The position numbers were made by a program, and so were the translations under genes. A stretch of DNA of 64,000 bases from a virus (taxonomy: Duplodnaviria > Caudoviricetes). The stretch covers positions 1 through 64,000 of IMG/VR virus record IMGVR_UViG_3300037312_001875. One strand, given 5' to 3'. Below the pieces are notes generated by a model. The model did not search any database, was not told the origin of the DNA, and worked only from the letters and a program-made list of their open reading frames with translations. Position 1 is the first letter of the stretch, and each line of letters starts with the position of its first letter. Positions 40,022 to 50,355 of this stretch are shown piece by piece.

Positions 40022-40181
40022 TTTCTTAAAATGCGAGCGTTCGATGAAAAAATATGAATATTTTTATTAACCCAAGAATACAAACAAGTATTTTGTTCAT
40101 AAGATTTAGAAAAGGGGGTTATTTATCGCAAGAAAATTGTGAATTCAAAAAATGGAAAATCTATTTTAAGATAGAAAAAAA

Positions 40182-40324
40182 TCATTACTGACTCATTACT
40201 CAGTTATTATTCATTCCCGTAAAAACGTTGTCTATCTCGTTACTAAGGTCATTACTGAGCTTTCAGTAATTACTCGAAAGGCCAGTAATGAAAAAAAGGT
40301 GACCTTCTAGCTCATCAGTAATGA
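40182..40324. repeat. TCATTACT/AGTAATGA array
   Basis: TCATTACT at 40182, 40193 and 40249; CGTTACT at 40238; CAGTAATTACT at 40264; CAGTAATGA at 40282 and 40316. Confidence 0.65.
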
Positions 40325-40400
40325 AGTTAAGAATTACTTTCTTGAAAAAGGAATCAGTTAGAAGGGTCTAAATAAAAATTGTAAAAAGAGGAAGGTTATT

Positions 40401-41045
40401 ATGTATAGAATTACATCCACGTTTCAAGCAAAAGAATCCATCAGAGATTTTCATCCTCATTCTGGAATTGACTTTGCGCTACCTTTGAATGAGCCGATAC
40501 GTTCAATCAGAGATGGTGTTGTTGAAAAAATTACTCATTATAAAGGAAACATTGGTAATGGGGTTTTAGTTCGGTGGGATGACGGGAAGGTTTCTATTTA
40601 CGGTCACATGAATAAGGTTAACGAAAGCCTTCATGTTGGTGATCAGATTCATGCCGGAGAACTGCTCGGATTCGCGGGCTCCAGTGGCCATAGTTCGGGC
40701 GTACATCTCCATTTTGGCCTCAAAGAAGGAGGAAGATTTATTGATCCTTCCCCCTACATTAACGATATACAGAGCATGAACATGAAACAATATGTGCAGC
40801 AAGCACCTGTAGTTACCCAATTGAAAATGAACTTTATGGAATATATGCAAATGCATATGAACGCAGTTAATGATTCATTATCAAACCTAAATCTTCACTT
40901 CATCAATTTCTTATCTCAAGCGAAGCTTCATTTAATTTCTTCTTTACTTGACAATTCTTTGTTCTTCCAAGTATTCAAGCAAATTTATCAATTCACGGCG
41001 ACTCATTCCAGTTCGATCTATGACATAATCACTCACATCATCTAA
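40401..41045 (+). CDS. M23 family peptidoglycan peptidase
   Basis: HSGIDFA (HxxxD), YGHM and GVHLHF (HxH). Confidence 0.85.
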   Translation: MYRITSTFQAKESIRDFHPHSGIDFALPLNEPIRSIRDGVVEKITHYKGNIGNGVLVRWDDGKVSIYGHMNKVNESLHVGDQIHAGELLGFAGSSGHSSGVHLHFGLKEGGRFIDPSPYINDIQSMNMKQYVQQAPVVTQLKMNFMEYMQMHMNAVNDSLSNLNLHFINFLSQAKLHLISSLLDNSLFFQVFKQIYQFTATHSSSIYDIITHII

Positions 41046-41262
41046 ACGGTCTTCCCAAATGGATGTAGTATCAGTTGTGAACCAGCTGCCAAATTGTATC
41101 ATGTTATCTCAGCTCCTTCTTAATTAATTGTCGTCGTTGTTGCCAATGATTTCTTCGATTTTGCTATCGCGATCTTTATTAAGAGTGAACATCATTTTTA
41201 ATGACCTCCTGCTGTGTTGGTTGGTATGAGTATAGTATGGAACTTTTTAAGGAGTGTTATAC

Positions 41263-41700
41263 ATGTCTAATTACAAAAAAATCACGATTTTTTTAAATGA
41301 AAATATTTACAAAGAAATTAACGACATCATTGAGTATCGAAATAAACGTATTCAATACGATAAAGAAGATAAAAAAGTATCAAGCATTGAAGAGTTTGTC
41401 ACAGGCAGTGCGATCCAGGTGCTCAAATGGTTAAAACATGAAGAATCTTTTGCTGGCATGGATGATTTAGGAAAACCTTACCGACTTGAAAATTCCTTTA
41501 AGAAAATCATGACAAAAAAAGGAATGAGAGGTAAGGATCTATCGGAAATAACGAATATCCATCACGGTAATATAAGTTCTATCCTGAATAATAAAAACCA
41601 ACCTTCACTGGATTATTTTCTCCGTATCTGGATAGCTTTGGGTTGCCCTCCACTTAATGAGTGCCTTCACCGTATTAAAGATGAAGAGGAACAAGAATAA
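41263..41700 (+). CDS. XRE-family HTH regulator
   Basis: C-terminal GMRGKDLSEITNIHHGNISSILNNKNQPSLD. Confidence 0.8.
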   Translation: MSNYKKITIFLNENIYKEINDIIEYRNKRIQYDKEDKKVSSIEEFVTGSAIQVLKWLKHEESFAGMDDLGKPYRLENSFKKIMTKKGMRGKDLSEITNIHHGNISSILNNKNQPSLDYFLRIWIALGCPPLNECLHRIKDEEEQE

Positions 41701-41957
41701 TTGTGATTTAAAAAAAAAATTTTGAAAGTACAAATTCATTTCTGGGCACAGTTGCATATAATACAGTAATTGAAAAGGAGGTTTTAGCATATGATTACAG
41801 CTTTAATTGGTATTCAAACCACATGCGTCATCGTAGCGAGCAGCTACGTTATTAAACATTTTAGACCGAAAATGGCTAAGTTAAAAGTGCATTCTAAATC
41901 CAAAGGATTCAAACATTACAAGTCATTCTAAAAAATCACAAATTGGAGGTTGCCATT

Positions 41958-42161
41958 ATGACGTTTGTAATCATGACAGCCATAAAGTTGGGAGCGGTGC
42001 TAGGAACTGGAATTGCGCTTTCAGCTGCATTTTCTCAATTCCACAGTTATGAATGGAAACCAAAGTCAAAGAATAAGAAAGAAAAGGGTGAATCTGATGG
42101 TTCTTCGAAAGCAACAAAAGTTGGTGAGGCTTTGCGTCAAAAATCCGGATCCGCTAACTAA
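41958..42161 (+). CDS. Small membrane protein
   Basis: GGAGG SD; one hydrophobic segment. Confidence 0.5.
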   Translation: MTFVIMTAIKLGAVLGTGIALSAAFSQFHSYEWKPKSKNKKEKGESDGSSKATKVGEALRQKSGSAN

Positions 42162-42663
42162 TTATTGCTATTCCTCTCCCATCTCTATAGATGACGGAAC
42201 GGTTGGTATTAATTCAATAAATTTTCATATCCCAACATTACTAGAGGAGGTGAAAAATCTTCCAAGAAAGAAAATAAAGGAATACAAACGAATCATTCAG
42301 ACATTTCTAACCACGGCAACCAGCTTCATGGCATTACCATTAAAATCAATGGCAAACACATTGCCAAGCACAACGGCGTCCACACTACCAACTCATGCCG
42401 AAGGGATTCCTCCAGAATTACTGGATCTTCTCTTAAAACTTTTGGTGATTTCAGTGGGGTCAGCGGTAATATTTGCGGCCATTCTTTTGGTAGCAGCGGG
42501 AGTAAAGAGGATGTTGGGAAATCGGAAAGAATCGAGCGAATGGACTGTCGATATTCTGAAAGGACTTGTGCAAGTAATGGTAGCCGTACCAGTCGTATTC
42601 ATGATTTATTACGTGGTAAGTCTTCTCTTCAAGGGGTCAGGATGGTTCATCAGTCCTTTCTGA
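42097..42663 (+). CDS. VirB2/TrbC pilin-like membrane protein
   Basis: C-terminal two-helix hydrophobic hairpin with a basic linker (KRMLGNRKESSEW), upstream of a VirB6-like gene. Confidence 0.5.
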   Translation: MVLRKQQKLVRLCVKNPDPLTNYCYSSPISIDDGTVGINSINFHIPTLLEEVKNLPRKKIKEYKRIIQTFLTTATSFMALPLKSMANTLPSTTASTLPTHAEGIPPELLDLLLKLLVISVGSAVIFAAILLVAAGVKRMLGNRKESSEWTVDILKGLVQVMVAVPVVFMIYYVVSLLFKGSGWFISPF

Positions 42664-43799
42664 AGAAAATCGCTATACCGTTTACAGCTATAAGTACTGT
42701 CAGTCTAACGTCTTTCTTTAAAACAGCTCAGGCTGCAACCTTATCTGATGTCATTTTTCAAAAAAACGGCGTACTCACTCATGATTTTAGTGGTCAACAC
42801 AATGGCGGAGGTTTTTCCATTGTAAACACCACAAAAACTGTTTACAACAACATCGAATATATCACAGGAAAGATAATCGCATTTTTTGATTGGATTAATA
42901 ATATACCTGGCTCCTTACCAAAGTACACCGCAGACCTATTCACCAGTGTTTATCACTTCTTAGCAAAGATCGCGCTACAAACTCCTCTAATCATCTTTGA
43001 CAATCCATTTATTAAAAACACTTCTCTAACCTTTTCCCTTCTTTCTATCTCACTAGTCACTTTCTTATTGATATACGAGTCATTCATGAAGATGTTGGGC
43101 AAAAAGCATACAGACTTAAAGAAATTCGCAAAACGTTATGCCATTGCCGTAACAGCTTCGGGATTTGCTCCTTTTGCTTTCAAAGAAGGATTTTCTCTTC
43201 TAAATGAACTATCAAATGCCATAATGAAAATCGGCGGCGGAATAGATGGCGGCAATATAAATGGTTTAATTTCAGGGGAAACCGTAGGATTCTTTGACAC
43301 CTTGATTATCATCTTGTTTGATTTAACAACGATTGCTCTTTTAATTCCAGTATGCCTTCAAGCGGGCAGAAGATGGTGGGATTTATTTTGTTTGGCGGCT
43401 GTCACTCCACTGGCTCTTTCTTGCTACGTGTTCGATAGGCACCAGCATTATTACAAACTTTGGTGGAACAGAGTAAAGTCTTTATCAATGGTCCAGCTGG
43501 TATATTCAGTGTTTATCTTAATGATGGGGATCTTCATCTTTGCAACTCAATCCATGCAAGGCGGAATTTATACGCTTTTCATCAAACTACTTATAGTCGC
43601 AGGAGGGCTTTACAGATTAGCAAATCCACCACGATTTGTTACAAAAATGACAGGAGACAAAAAGGACTTATTGGATTCATTCGAGGAAGGAAGAGACGCG
43701 TTTAAGTCTACGAAAAAGATACTTCTTTTTAAAGATAAGAAATTCAATCCAGTAAAAAAGTTCGCTGGAAATTTAGTGAAATGGAAGAATAAGCCATGA
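42642..43799 (+). CDS. VirB6/TrbL-like polytopic membrane protein
   Basis: About 6 TM segments; RWWDLFCLAAVTPLALSC...WWN pattern typical of Firmicutes conjugation membrane proteins. Confidence 0.55.
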   Translation: MVHQSFLKKIAIPFTAISTVSLTSFFKTAQAATLSDVIFQKNGVLTHDFSGQHNGGGFSIVNTTKTVYNNIEYITGKIIAFFDWINNIPGSLPKYTADLFTSVYHFLAKIALQTPLIIFDNPFIKNTSLTFSLLSISLVTFLLIYESFMKMLGKKHTDLKKFAKRYAIAVTASGFAPFAFKEGFSLLNELSNAIMKIGGGIDGGNINGLISGETVGFFDTLIIILFDLTTIALLIPVCLQAGRRWWDLFCLAAVTPLALSCYVFDRHQHYYKLWWNRVKSLSMVQLVYSVFILMMGIFIFATQSMQGGIYTLFIKLLIVAGGLYRLANPPRFVTKMTGDKKDLLDSFEEGRDAFKSTKKILLFKDKKFNPVKKFAGNLVKWKNKP

Positions 43800-44052
43800 T
43801 ATTACTGAAATTAGGTTTGTTAGCTGTACTTGGTAAAAAGTTCTATGGTGCTCTTATATACGCTCAATTGATACAGCACACAGTCAATTCGATTAAGAAA
43901 AAGATTGATAAAAAATTGGAGGTTTCAGCATGATGATAGGAACAGCTACGTTAATTTTAATTCTAAACACCACTATGATTTTGGCTAATACAACAGTTTT
44001 ATTGGTTAGTGGCGCTAAGATTTTGAAAGAAGTTAGAAAAGAGGATTAACCT

Positions 44053-46323
44053 ATGTCTCTCACACGGATCCGGAATAAAACTCCTATTGCCAATGAGAGA
44101 ACCAACGTCTATGAAATCGAAGAGTTTAATCACCACTTGCTACATGATATCCTTCAATCCAGATTCATTGCGGAAGGTGTTTACGGTTTTGAAAAGTATT
44201 CCATTGATAATTACAAAGAAGAATATATGTTTACCCCTTCCTTTGATAAAAGAGAAGGAGAATGTATCCAGAAGGAATGGAACTTTCAAAATGAGGATAT
44301 AAAGGAAATCAGTGTTTATGAGTTAGTCTTAACCAAACCGTTATTTATGCCATTGGACACAAGCGCATTTCTAGACCTGTTTAACCTAATGGATGTCGTA
44401 CCGAAAGCTTCAGTCTTTACACAGGTATTGTTTTGCAAACGGCAAAAAGACTGGAAGGAAACAGCTATATCCCAATACGAAAGCTTTTTGAAAGGTAATG
44501 ATCGCCCTTTAGAAGGGAAGTTCAGTATAAAGTGGCAGGAAAAAGTTTTAGGAATGCTGACAAAACTTAATAATTTCACAATTCAACGGGACCGAATTGA
44601 GGAAATGGAGCAAAAAATTCTTCAAACCAATTATCGGTTTGAATGCAGATTCCTGGTATTTGAACAGAAATACGAAAAACAATTTATTTCTTTTTTAAAA
44701 AATGAACTTGTGAAATTACAACTTTTTAATGAATTTAAAATTACGAAGGCACGCAATAAAAGGAATCTTCTTAAGCATATTGAAAGCCGGCAATTTCAAT
44801 TAGATTTAACGAATCAGATTCTCTCAGAAGGTGAAATGTTTAGTGTATTATGCGATAAGACATCAGCTGCTATGGTTGAAACAGTCGAACTAGAAATGCC
44901 AGTTAAAAGAACCGGAATATCCATTAGTATCGAAGAAGGCGCGGTTATCCAACAGGCTTCAAGCTTCATGCCTTTGACTACCAATACGACAGTTGAAATT
45001 GATGAATCTAAAATAACAGCTATTAATAATGTCTTTAAACGTGTTGGTATTGTAGATAAGGCCCTGGAGGTAACAGATATATATCAGGGGGCGAGTCTTT
45101 TAAAAGTGCAGATGGAAGTTCCACCTGAGATCACTTATACATCCATCACACGGAAGTTAAAGGATATACAAGGAGCAATGGGAAATAAGAATATTTCGAT
45201 TGAAATTGGAGGTCCTGACACGATAGATGTATTTATTCCTTTAGAAGAAAGGCGACCAGTTTACTTCAACGACATATTAGAGTCAGAGGAGTTCAAACAA
45301 TTTAAAGAAGAAAACCTATTGCCGTTTATATTGGGTGAAAATGTGAATGGCGGATATATATTCGCCTGCTTAACCAAATTAAGACATCTTTTGGTGTCAG
45401 GAACAACAGGAAGCGGAAAAAGTGTATTTCTCAACTTAATTATCCTTTGCTTTATTCTTAGCCTTCCTCCAGAACAACTCATGATTTATCTTATAGATCC
45501 GAAGATGGTGGAATTTACACAGTTTAAAGGCTTTCCACAAGTCAAGAGTGTGATTACGGATATGCGAAAAGCCAATGGTCTTTTGAATTCACTAGTAGAA
45601 GAAATGGAAAAACGATATGAGACCTTTTCTAAAACAGGCTGCAAAGACATTCAAACTTATAATCTGAAGAATGAACAAAAAATACCTTATATTTTATTCG
45701 TAATCGACGAATTGTCTGATTTAATGATGGTAAATAAATCAGTTGAGGACGGTATTGTCCGTCTATGTCAAATGGCAAGGGGAGCAGGCATTCATTTAAT
45801 CCTTGCTACTCAACGTCCATCGGTTGATGTTGTGACAGGTGTAATTAAGGCAAATATGCCATCACGCATAGCTTTTGCTGTAACCTCAGTTACAGATTCC
45901 AGAACAATCCTTGATAAGAGTGGAGCAGAAAAGTTATTAGGGCGTGGAGACGGCATTGCCAAGATTGAGGGAAGTAAGAATGAATTTGAACGATTCCAGT
46001 CACCTGTATTAACGCTGAATAAGGAAGAGGAGGAAGAAATCATTGATAAGCTTATTCATCTGTTTGATGGGGTTGTTGTTGAAGACGAAATTCAAGAAGC
46101 TAAAGAGGAAGAACCAATTGATCAATTAAAACGCTGTATCGCAAACACTGGAGAACTTCGAGTAAACGAATTAGCAAGATTAATGGAGCTAGGGAATAAC
46201 AAAGTGCACGCACTAATGCAAAAATTATTAGAAGAGGAATGGCTGAAGAAGCCAGGGAGGAGTTACGAAATTAATGTAGATGAAGAAGAATTAAATAAAT
46301 GGAAGGATGAAAATTATGAGTAA
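44053..46323 (+). CDS. FtsK/SpoIIIE-family DNA translocase
   Basis: HLLVSGTTGSGKS, LIDPKMVEF, VIDELSDLM, RGAGIHLILATQRPS, GAEKLLGRGD. Confidence 0.9.
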   Translation: MSLTRIRNKTPIANERTNVYEIEEFNHHLLHDILQSRFIAEGVYGFEKYSIDNYKEEYMFTPSFDKREGECIQKEWNFQNEDIKEISVYELVLTKPLFMPLDTSAFLDLFNLMDVVPKASVFTQVLFCKRQKDWKETAISQYESFLKGNDRPLEGKFSIKWQEKVLGMLTKLNNFTIQRDRIEEMEQKILQTNYRFECRFLVFEQKYEKQFISFLKNELVKLQLFNEFKITKARNKRNLLKHIESRQFQLDLTNQILSEGEMFSVLCDKTSAAMVETVELEMPVKRTGISISIEEGAVIQQASSFMPLTTNTTVEIDESKITAINNVFKRVGIVDKALEVTDIYQGASLLKVQMEVPPEITYTSITRKLKDIQGAMGNKNISIEIGGPDTIDVFIPLEERRPVYFNDILESEEFKQFKEENLLPFILGENVNGGYIFACLTKLRHLLVSGTTGSGKSVFLNLIILCFILSLPPEQLMIYLIDPKMVEFTQFKGFPQVKSVITDMRKANGLLNSLVEEMEKRYETFSKTGCKDIQTYNLKNEQKIPYILFVIDELSDLMMVNKSVEDGIVRLCQMARGAGIHLILATQRPSVDVVTGVIKANMPSRIAFAVTSVTDSRTILDKSGAEKLLGRGDGIAKIEGSKNEFERFQSPVLTLNKEEEEEIIDKLIHLFDGVVVEDEIQEAKEEEPIDQLKRCIANTGELRVNELARLMELGNNKVHALMQKLLEEEWLKKPGRSYEINVDEEELNKWKDENYE

Positions 46324-46398
46324 TGATGCAAAGCCCTAGATTAATACTAGGGCTTTATTTTTTTAAGAAAAGTTCTGACTTTTCGTGCATAATACATA

Positions 46399-46414
46399 TA
46401 GGGCTATTTTACTA
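46399..46414. promoter_or_regulatory. 16-bp dyad box
   Basis: TAGGGC-TATT-TTACTA; 15/16 identical to the reverse complement of the 5735 box. Confidence 0.6.
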
Positions 46415-46429
46415 TCAAGAGGTGAGTGG

Positions 46430-47053
46430 ATGAGTCAAGGTGCGAACGCTCAAACGGTTTTTGATTATCTAAAAGAAAATTACCCTGATGATTGCATCCA
46501 GTGGGCAAAAACGGTTGATTGGAAATTAGATAACGAAGTTTCTCTAAAAGATATCCAAATGGCTCGGCGACCAGGTGGAGCTAGAGAAATGGATAAGGTG
46601 CGGGGTATTGCTCAAACAGTAAAAGACGGAAAGCCAATGGATCCTGTTGTTTTGGTAAGACTTCCAGACAGAACGATTAAGATTGCAGATGGTTATCATC
46701 GTACATTGGGATTCCAACATGCGGGTAAGAAAACAATAAAGGCGTGGATCGCTACCGTGCCTGATATGAAAGGAGCCTGGGATAAAGAGATGCATGAGAA
46801 AAAACTAAACATCGGAAAGAAAGCCTATCAAGAATTTTTGGAGTTTGTTGGATTTGAGAAAGAAGCTATGGCGCAGATCCCGGAAGCATTGGGCGGCAAT
46901 ATTTTTAATCGCCTTGCTCAAATGGATGACGTAGCAAGCCTTGCTATTATCTCACGTAAAAAGCAGCAACAAGCACAACAGGCGGACAATCATGAAAAGG
47001 AAGCATCTGAATTAATGGAAAGATTAGAGAAAACCACATTAACATCTTTGTAA
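46430..47053 (+). CDS. ParB/Srx-like nuclease domain protein with K-x-A-motif tail
   Basis: MDPVVLV...IADGYHR..G ParB_N signature; C-terminal GKKAY, FEKEAM and HEKEAS. Confidence 0.7.
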   Translation: MSQGANAQTVFDYLKENYPDDCIQWAKTVDWKLDNEVSLKDIQMARRPGGAREMDKVRGIAQTVKDGKPMDPVVLVRLPDRTIKIADGYHRTLGFQHAGKKTIKAWIATVPDMKGAWDKEMHEKKLNIGKKAYQEFLEFVGFEKEAMAQIPEALGGNIFNRLAQMDDVASLAIISRKKQQQAQQADNHEKEASELMERLEKTTLTSL

Positions 47054-47178
47054 AGTGAGAGTGAATAACTCTCGCTTTTTTTATAGATAAATAGGACGTT
47101 TGGTTCATATGAAATTATGAAATTTCATGATTAAATAAATAGCATAAATACTAATTACATCTAGAGGGGATATCAATA

Positions 47179-48357
47179 ATGGCTAAAAAGTATGCAGCAG
47201 AGTATCCAGCATTTAATGAAACATACAATATAGATGAAGTAGGAGATATGCTTAAGAACCAAAAGCATAATCTTGAAATGAACACCTATGCAACCATATC
47301 TGGGATCCGAGGAAAGCAATTCGGTAAAGAAATTTTTTCAACTGTGATTAAATTCAAAGATTTACGTGACTTCATGGAGACATTCAAGGATGTTCAACGG
47401 AATCTCATTGTTTCGAAAATGAATAGTGCCAAAAACTATATCCTGTCTGGTTTAGGAAAGAAAAATCCAATGAGGTTTTTCCCTGCCATAACAGCAACTG
47501 CAAGAGGAAACATTTTCTATAGCGAGGAAGATAACCGTTTGGCGATTGATACAAGAACGAGCAAATTAAGTTTGAATGATGGCCAACATCGCTATTTTGC
47601 CACAATCGAGGCAATTCGTACCTTACAAGGCAGAATCAATAACTCTAAAGACGAAGTGGAGAAGGAAAATTTAAAAGAGCTTTTAAAAGAGCTCAATAAC
47701 ATGGCAATGCCTGTAGTCATTTTTAATAATTTAACCATTGAAGAGGAACGCCAACTGTTTTCGGACACTAATAACTTGGCACAAAGACCATCCAGAAGTG
47801 CTACCATTCGTTTGAACCAAACAGATTTATTTAGCCGCATGTCTAGGGATTTAGTAAATTTAAACAAGTATTTTCAACATTATGGCGTTGAAATGGATAA
47901 AGCAAGTATCTATGGAAAGGACAATAAGAATACCATTCTTTTAACAACCATTTATGCGAGCATTAAAACCTTATTAGGAAGAAAGTTAGACGAAGAAACA
48001 TATGAGGTTTCTAAAAAGTATTTGAACGATACATTTAATAACATGTATCAAATGTTGCCTCCAGATCTCAATAATCGTGGGATTTATATTACAGACCAAT
48101 CTTATGCCATCAAAGGAATTGTGAAGTTCATTGCGGATTATCGAGCAAAAGATTTTAATGACAAAGTAATTTTTGAAACCATTGGAAAAGTGAATTGGGT
48201 AGCAGATATCAATTACTGGAAGCAATATGGAGCGATGACCTCTAAACAAGGCAAGCTGGTATTTGGCGGAAGCGGCGATCACGGAAGATATGCGGTTTTC
48301 CATGCATTAGAGGATAATCTTCCTGATCAACCGAAACAATTGGAATTGATTCAATAA
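47179..48357 (+). CDS. DGQHR/DndB-like domain protein
   Basis: RFFPAIT, LNDGQHR and ERQLFSDTN motifs. Confidence 0.8.
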   Translation: MAKKYAAEYPAFNETYNIDEVGDMLKNQKHNLEMNTYATISGIRGKQFGKEIFSTVIKFKDLRDFMETFKDVQRNLIVSKMNSAKNYILSGLGKKNPMRFFPAITATARGNIFYSEEDNRLAIDTRTSKLSLNDGQHRYFATIEAIRTLQGRINNSKDEVEKENLKELLKELNNMAMPVVIFNNLTIEEERQLFSDTNNLAQRPSRSATIRLNQTDLFSRMSRDLVNLNKYFQHYGVEMDKASIYGKDNKNTILLTTIYASIKTLLGRKLDEETYEVSKKYLNDTFNNMYQMLPPDLNNRGIYITDQSYAIKGIVKFIADYRAKDFNDKVIFETIGKVNWVADINYWKQYGAMTSKQGKLVFGGSGDHGRYAVFHALEDNLPDQPKQLELIQ

Positions 48358-48379
48358 ATAGGTACTGGGGGAGCGTAAA

Positions 48380-49246
48380 TTGGGGACTGTTATAACATTC
48401 GGACTACAGAAAGGTGGAGTTAGTAAGTCGACTTCAACTGGCATTTTTGCTCATTTGATGAGTAAAGATGGATATAAAGTTTTAGCAATAGACATGGACT
48501 CCCAAGGAAATCTTACAGAACTACTTACTAATGTAGAATCAAATGAATTCATAGGTAAATCGGTGCTTGAGGCAATTGTAAGTAGATCAGTAAAGGATTA
48601 TATCGTTAAGGTAAATGATCATCTTGATGTTTTGCCGGCTAACAATTTTCTCGCTTTACTACCAAAGTGGTTATACACCTATACTTTGTTTGATAATGAA
48701 AAAGTATACTATACAGGTGGAACAACGGAACAATTATATTTAACAATTGAACCAATCATTGACCAATATGACTTTATTTTGATTGATACACCTCCATCTT
48801 TATCCGAGCAGACGACCAATTCCTTAGTGGCTTCTGATTATGTTATCGTTCCTTTTGAATCTTCATATTTTTGTCTGCGTGCCATTCCAAACTTTATTGA
48901 GTCTGTTGAGCATTCACGAAAGACAAGTAAACGAGATGTACAGATTCTAGGTGTACTAAGAACATTAAACGATAAGAGGCGAAGTGATTCTAAATTGTTC
49001 AATGAGACCATAGCAGACACATATCCTGAACTTGTTTTTAAAACGATTATTACAAGGAAAGCATCTACAGGGAGATTACCGTTAAGTGGATTCGATGATA
49101 ATCAAGAATTAGGAGATGCACTTGAACAGTTTAGAAACGTGTATGTGGAAATTAAGGAACGATTAGGATTGGGTCGAGAGGTTCGAAAGGGGAAGATGAA
49201 GATTGGCAAAGAAGTTAGACGACTTAAAGGAAAGATTAGCAAATAA
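48380..49246 (+). CDS. parA: ParA/Soj Walker-type partition ATPase
   Basis: QKGGVSKST deviant Walker A, IDMDSQGNLT, ILIDTPP. Confidence 0.85.
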   Translation: MGTVITFGLQKGGVSKSTSTGIFAHLMSKDGYKVLAIDMDSQGNLTELLTNVESNEFIGKSVLEAIVSRSVKDYIVKVNDHLDVLPANNFLALLPKWLYTYTLFDNEKVYYTGGTTEQLYLTIEPIIDQYDFILIDTPPSLSEQTTNSLVASDYVIVPFESSYFCLRAIPNFIESVEHSRKTSKRDVQILGVLRTLNDKRRSDSKLFNETIADTYPELVFKTIITRKASTGRLPLSGFDDNQELGDALEQFRNVYVEIKERLGLGREVRKGKMKIGKEVRRLKGKISK

Positions 49247-49514
49247 AGCAAAATCAGTTTCTGCTACAGAAGCCCTTAATGGAACTTCTGGAAATTCTCA
49301 ACCTGAAGCAGAAGAGGTTGAATACGAACGGTATATTCTTAATCTTGATAGAAAATTAATCGACGCTATCGAGGAGTATGTATTTAATGAAAAGCGCAGC
49401 GGAAAAACGTTGTTCGATATAAAAACGGGGCTTCCCAAAAAAATTAATCGTTCTCTTTGGGCAAGACACGTATTTATTGAAGCATTAAGAAAAGCTGGGA
49501 TTGAGATAGATTAA
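49203..49514 (+). CDS. Small ParA partner (type Ib adaptor-like)
   Basis: Overlaps the parA end; flexible N-terminus and RHH-like C-terminus. Confidence 0.55.
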   Translation: MAKKLDDLKERLANKAKSVSATEALNGTSGNSQPEAEEVEYERYILNLDRKLIDAIEEYVFNEKRSGKTLFDIKTGLPKKINRSLWARHVFIEALRKAGIEID

Positions 49515-49533
49515 AAAATGGAGGATACATTTA

Positions 49534-50355
49534 TTATGTATCCTCCATTTTTTTGATTTTAAAAGGATTTACAACCGGCAGATCGCCGCGGAAAATAAAA
49601 CCCATTCGTTCCAATTTCCCTTTGATTCCACTGGCTGATTTGTGCTTGTCTTTTGGTTTGTTTTCGTTTAAGGTATCTACTATAGCATTCAAAGAATAAC
49701 CTTTATCTAATAATTCTAGGGCGACATCAATTTCCTCTTGGGTATACTTGATACACTTGTCTAAACTTAAAGGTCTCGCTTTAATATTTAAATCCCATAG
49801 TTTCCGTCTAATGGAATTTTCTGAACGTTTAAGTATGCAAGCCAGTTCCGGATAGGTGTACTGATAAGAATAAACCATACGGATCAATTGTGATTTCTCT
49901 TGATCTGTCCATGGGCGTCGTTCCATATACTTCTTCTTATCGATGGATCTTTTCTCCTTCACCCAGGAGGGCTCTTTTCCAAGAATAAGATGGTCAACCT
50001 TGGCAAAATTAATTAGGTGCTTATGTTCTTCTGCCCAGCGCCAGAAGTCTTCGTATGAAACTACGTAAATTCGTCTCTTTCGAGAAAAGACTTTTTGTTT
50101 CGCTGGGAAATTATATTGGAGAATCCAACTTTTCGTTTTGTTAAACGAGGAAATGCCGAGTGCGATCATCAGCTGCCTAACTGTAATTCCGTCGAAATGT
50201 AATGTTGGGTCTAACAATCCCATTTCCACAGCTTTTCTCCGCACGCCATCGTACGGTCTATCTAAATGTTTTGAGATGAGGGTAACGCTTTTGGATCCCC
50301 AATTGTCCTGGAGATAAAGTTCTTCCTCTGGAGTCCACACTCTATATCTGCCCAC
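49534..50355 (-). CDS. Multi-HTH (Myb-like repeat) DNA-binding protein
   Basis: WTPEEE..L, WTDQEK..L and YTQEEI repeats, each followed by an HTH. Confidence 0.65.
   Translation of the reverse strand: MGRYRVWTPEEELYLQDNWGSKSVTLISKHLDRPYDGVRRKAVEMGLLDPTLHFDGITVRQLMIALGISSFNKTKSWILQYNFPAKQKVFSRKRRIYVVSYEDFWRWAEEHKHLINFAKVDHLILGKEPSWVKEKRSIDKKKYMERRPWTDQEKSQLIRMVYSYQYTYPELACILKRSENSIRRKLWDLNIKARPLSLDKCIKYTQEEIDVALELLDKGYSLNAIVDTLNENKPKDKHKSASGIKGKLERMGFIFRGDLPVVNPFKIKKMEDT

Noticed and set aside
47179-48357. Dnd phosphorothioation or Dpd modification system
   Set aside because: Only the DGQHR gene is present; no dndA/C/D/E, TGT or queuosine-pathway genes were seen.
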